From contig CM082597.2 of assembly GCA_040954595.2 (NCBI GenBank), positions 4,903,244-4,967,243 of the forward strand: a stretch of DNA of 64,000 bases. Reading direction: 5' to 3'. The DNA comes from Balanoglossus misakiensis (taxonomy: Eukaryota; Animalia; Hemichordata). A program made the translations under genes and the position numbers. Shown piece by piece: positions 63,483-64,000 of the stretch. The notes beneath the pieces were generated by a model. The model saw only the letters and a program-made list of their open reading frames with translations, did no database searches and was not told where the DNA came from. How positions within the stretch are numbered: position 1 is the first letter of the stretch; every line of letters begins with the position of its first letter.

Positions 63483-64000
63483 TACTTAATATTGCAATTC
63501 GAATGTGCAGGCCAGTGGTGATACGAAACATGCTTTTTATGTTTATGACATACATAAACACATAATTTCAGATGTACCGGTAGGTCCCCCATTTATGTAT
63601 CTGAGACCAACACAGTGATAGTTGTATGGGCCTAAATGTTGGCGACTAATTAGACTCGGTGTAATCTTATTCAAACATGTAGTACACATTGGGGCAACAC
63701 CATTACAATTCTAATTTTAACTGTATCCTTTGCTTTATATAAATGGACAGATAAGTAATCCTGTTGACTGACTGCCACACACATTGGCTCTTTTGACGTA
63801 AATCTTCATTCACAAAAAAAACATTTATGATTAAATTTTGGATGTCTGTTGTGCGCAAAAGAAACACACAGTACCATGACGAACGTGCCAATTTCCCAGC
63901 CGGTCGATTTTGTTGGGATTAGCCGTCCACTGTGCAAACCTGATTAGTCCAAGGTGATATTGCGCCTCATAAATTAATCAACGCATAATCACATGTTTAT

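Noticed and set aside
1-64000. tRNA, rRNA, snRNA and conserved bilaterian miRNA genes
   Set aside because: No matches were recognised by eye; Infernal/Rfam and tRNAscan-SE would be needed to exclude divergent ones.

Overview
This window reads as eukaryotic, not prokaryotic: AT-rich (roughly 37% GC by eye), gene-poor, and full of microsatellites and short non-autonomous DNA transposons. The repeat style suggests a marine invertebrate, possibly a deuterostome such as an acorn worm; this is an impression, not a database result. No protein-coding gene, tRNA, rRNA or CRISPR array can be called with confidence, and the longest ORFs fall on microsatellites or repeats. Directly visible: (i) a 132-bp element with perfect 18-bp TIRs and a 10-bp TSD, and a related 101-bp element with a 9-bp TSD and self-folding ends, both TAG...CTA; (ii) five pieces of one TTAA-ended MITE family; (iii) two long palindromic elements; (iv) a young 108-bp tandem array, an old 13-unit ~80-bp array and three local duplications; (v) many microsatellites. 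Weaker, inferred: decayed Ty3/Gypsy and CR1/L2 reverse-transcriptase remnants, candidate promoters and isolated exons, and clusters of CRE, X-box, CTCF, HNF1/HNF4 and ZNF143 motifs. I found no convincing new protein-based system; the best leads are the TAG...CTA mini-elements, the double-hairpin element and the candidate promoter at 53.7 kb.
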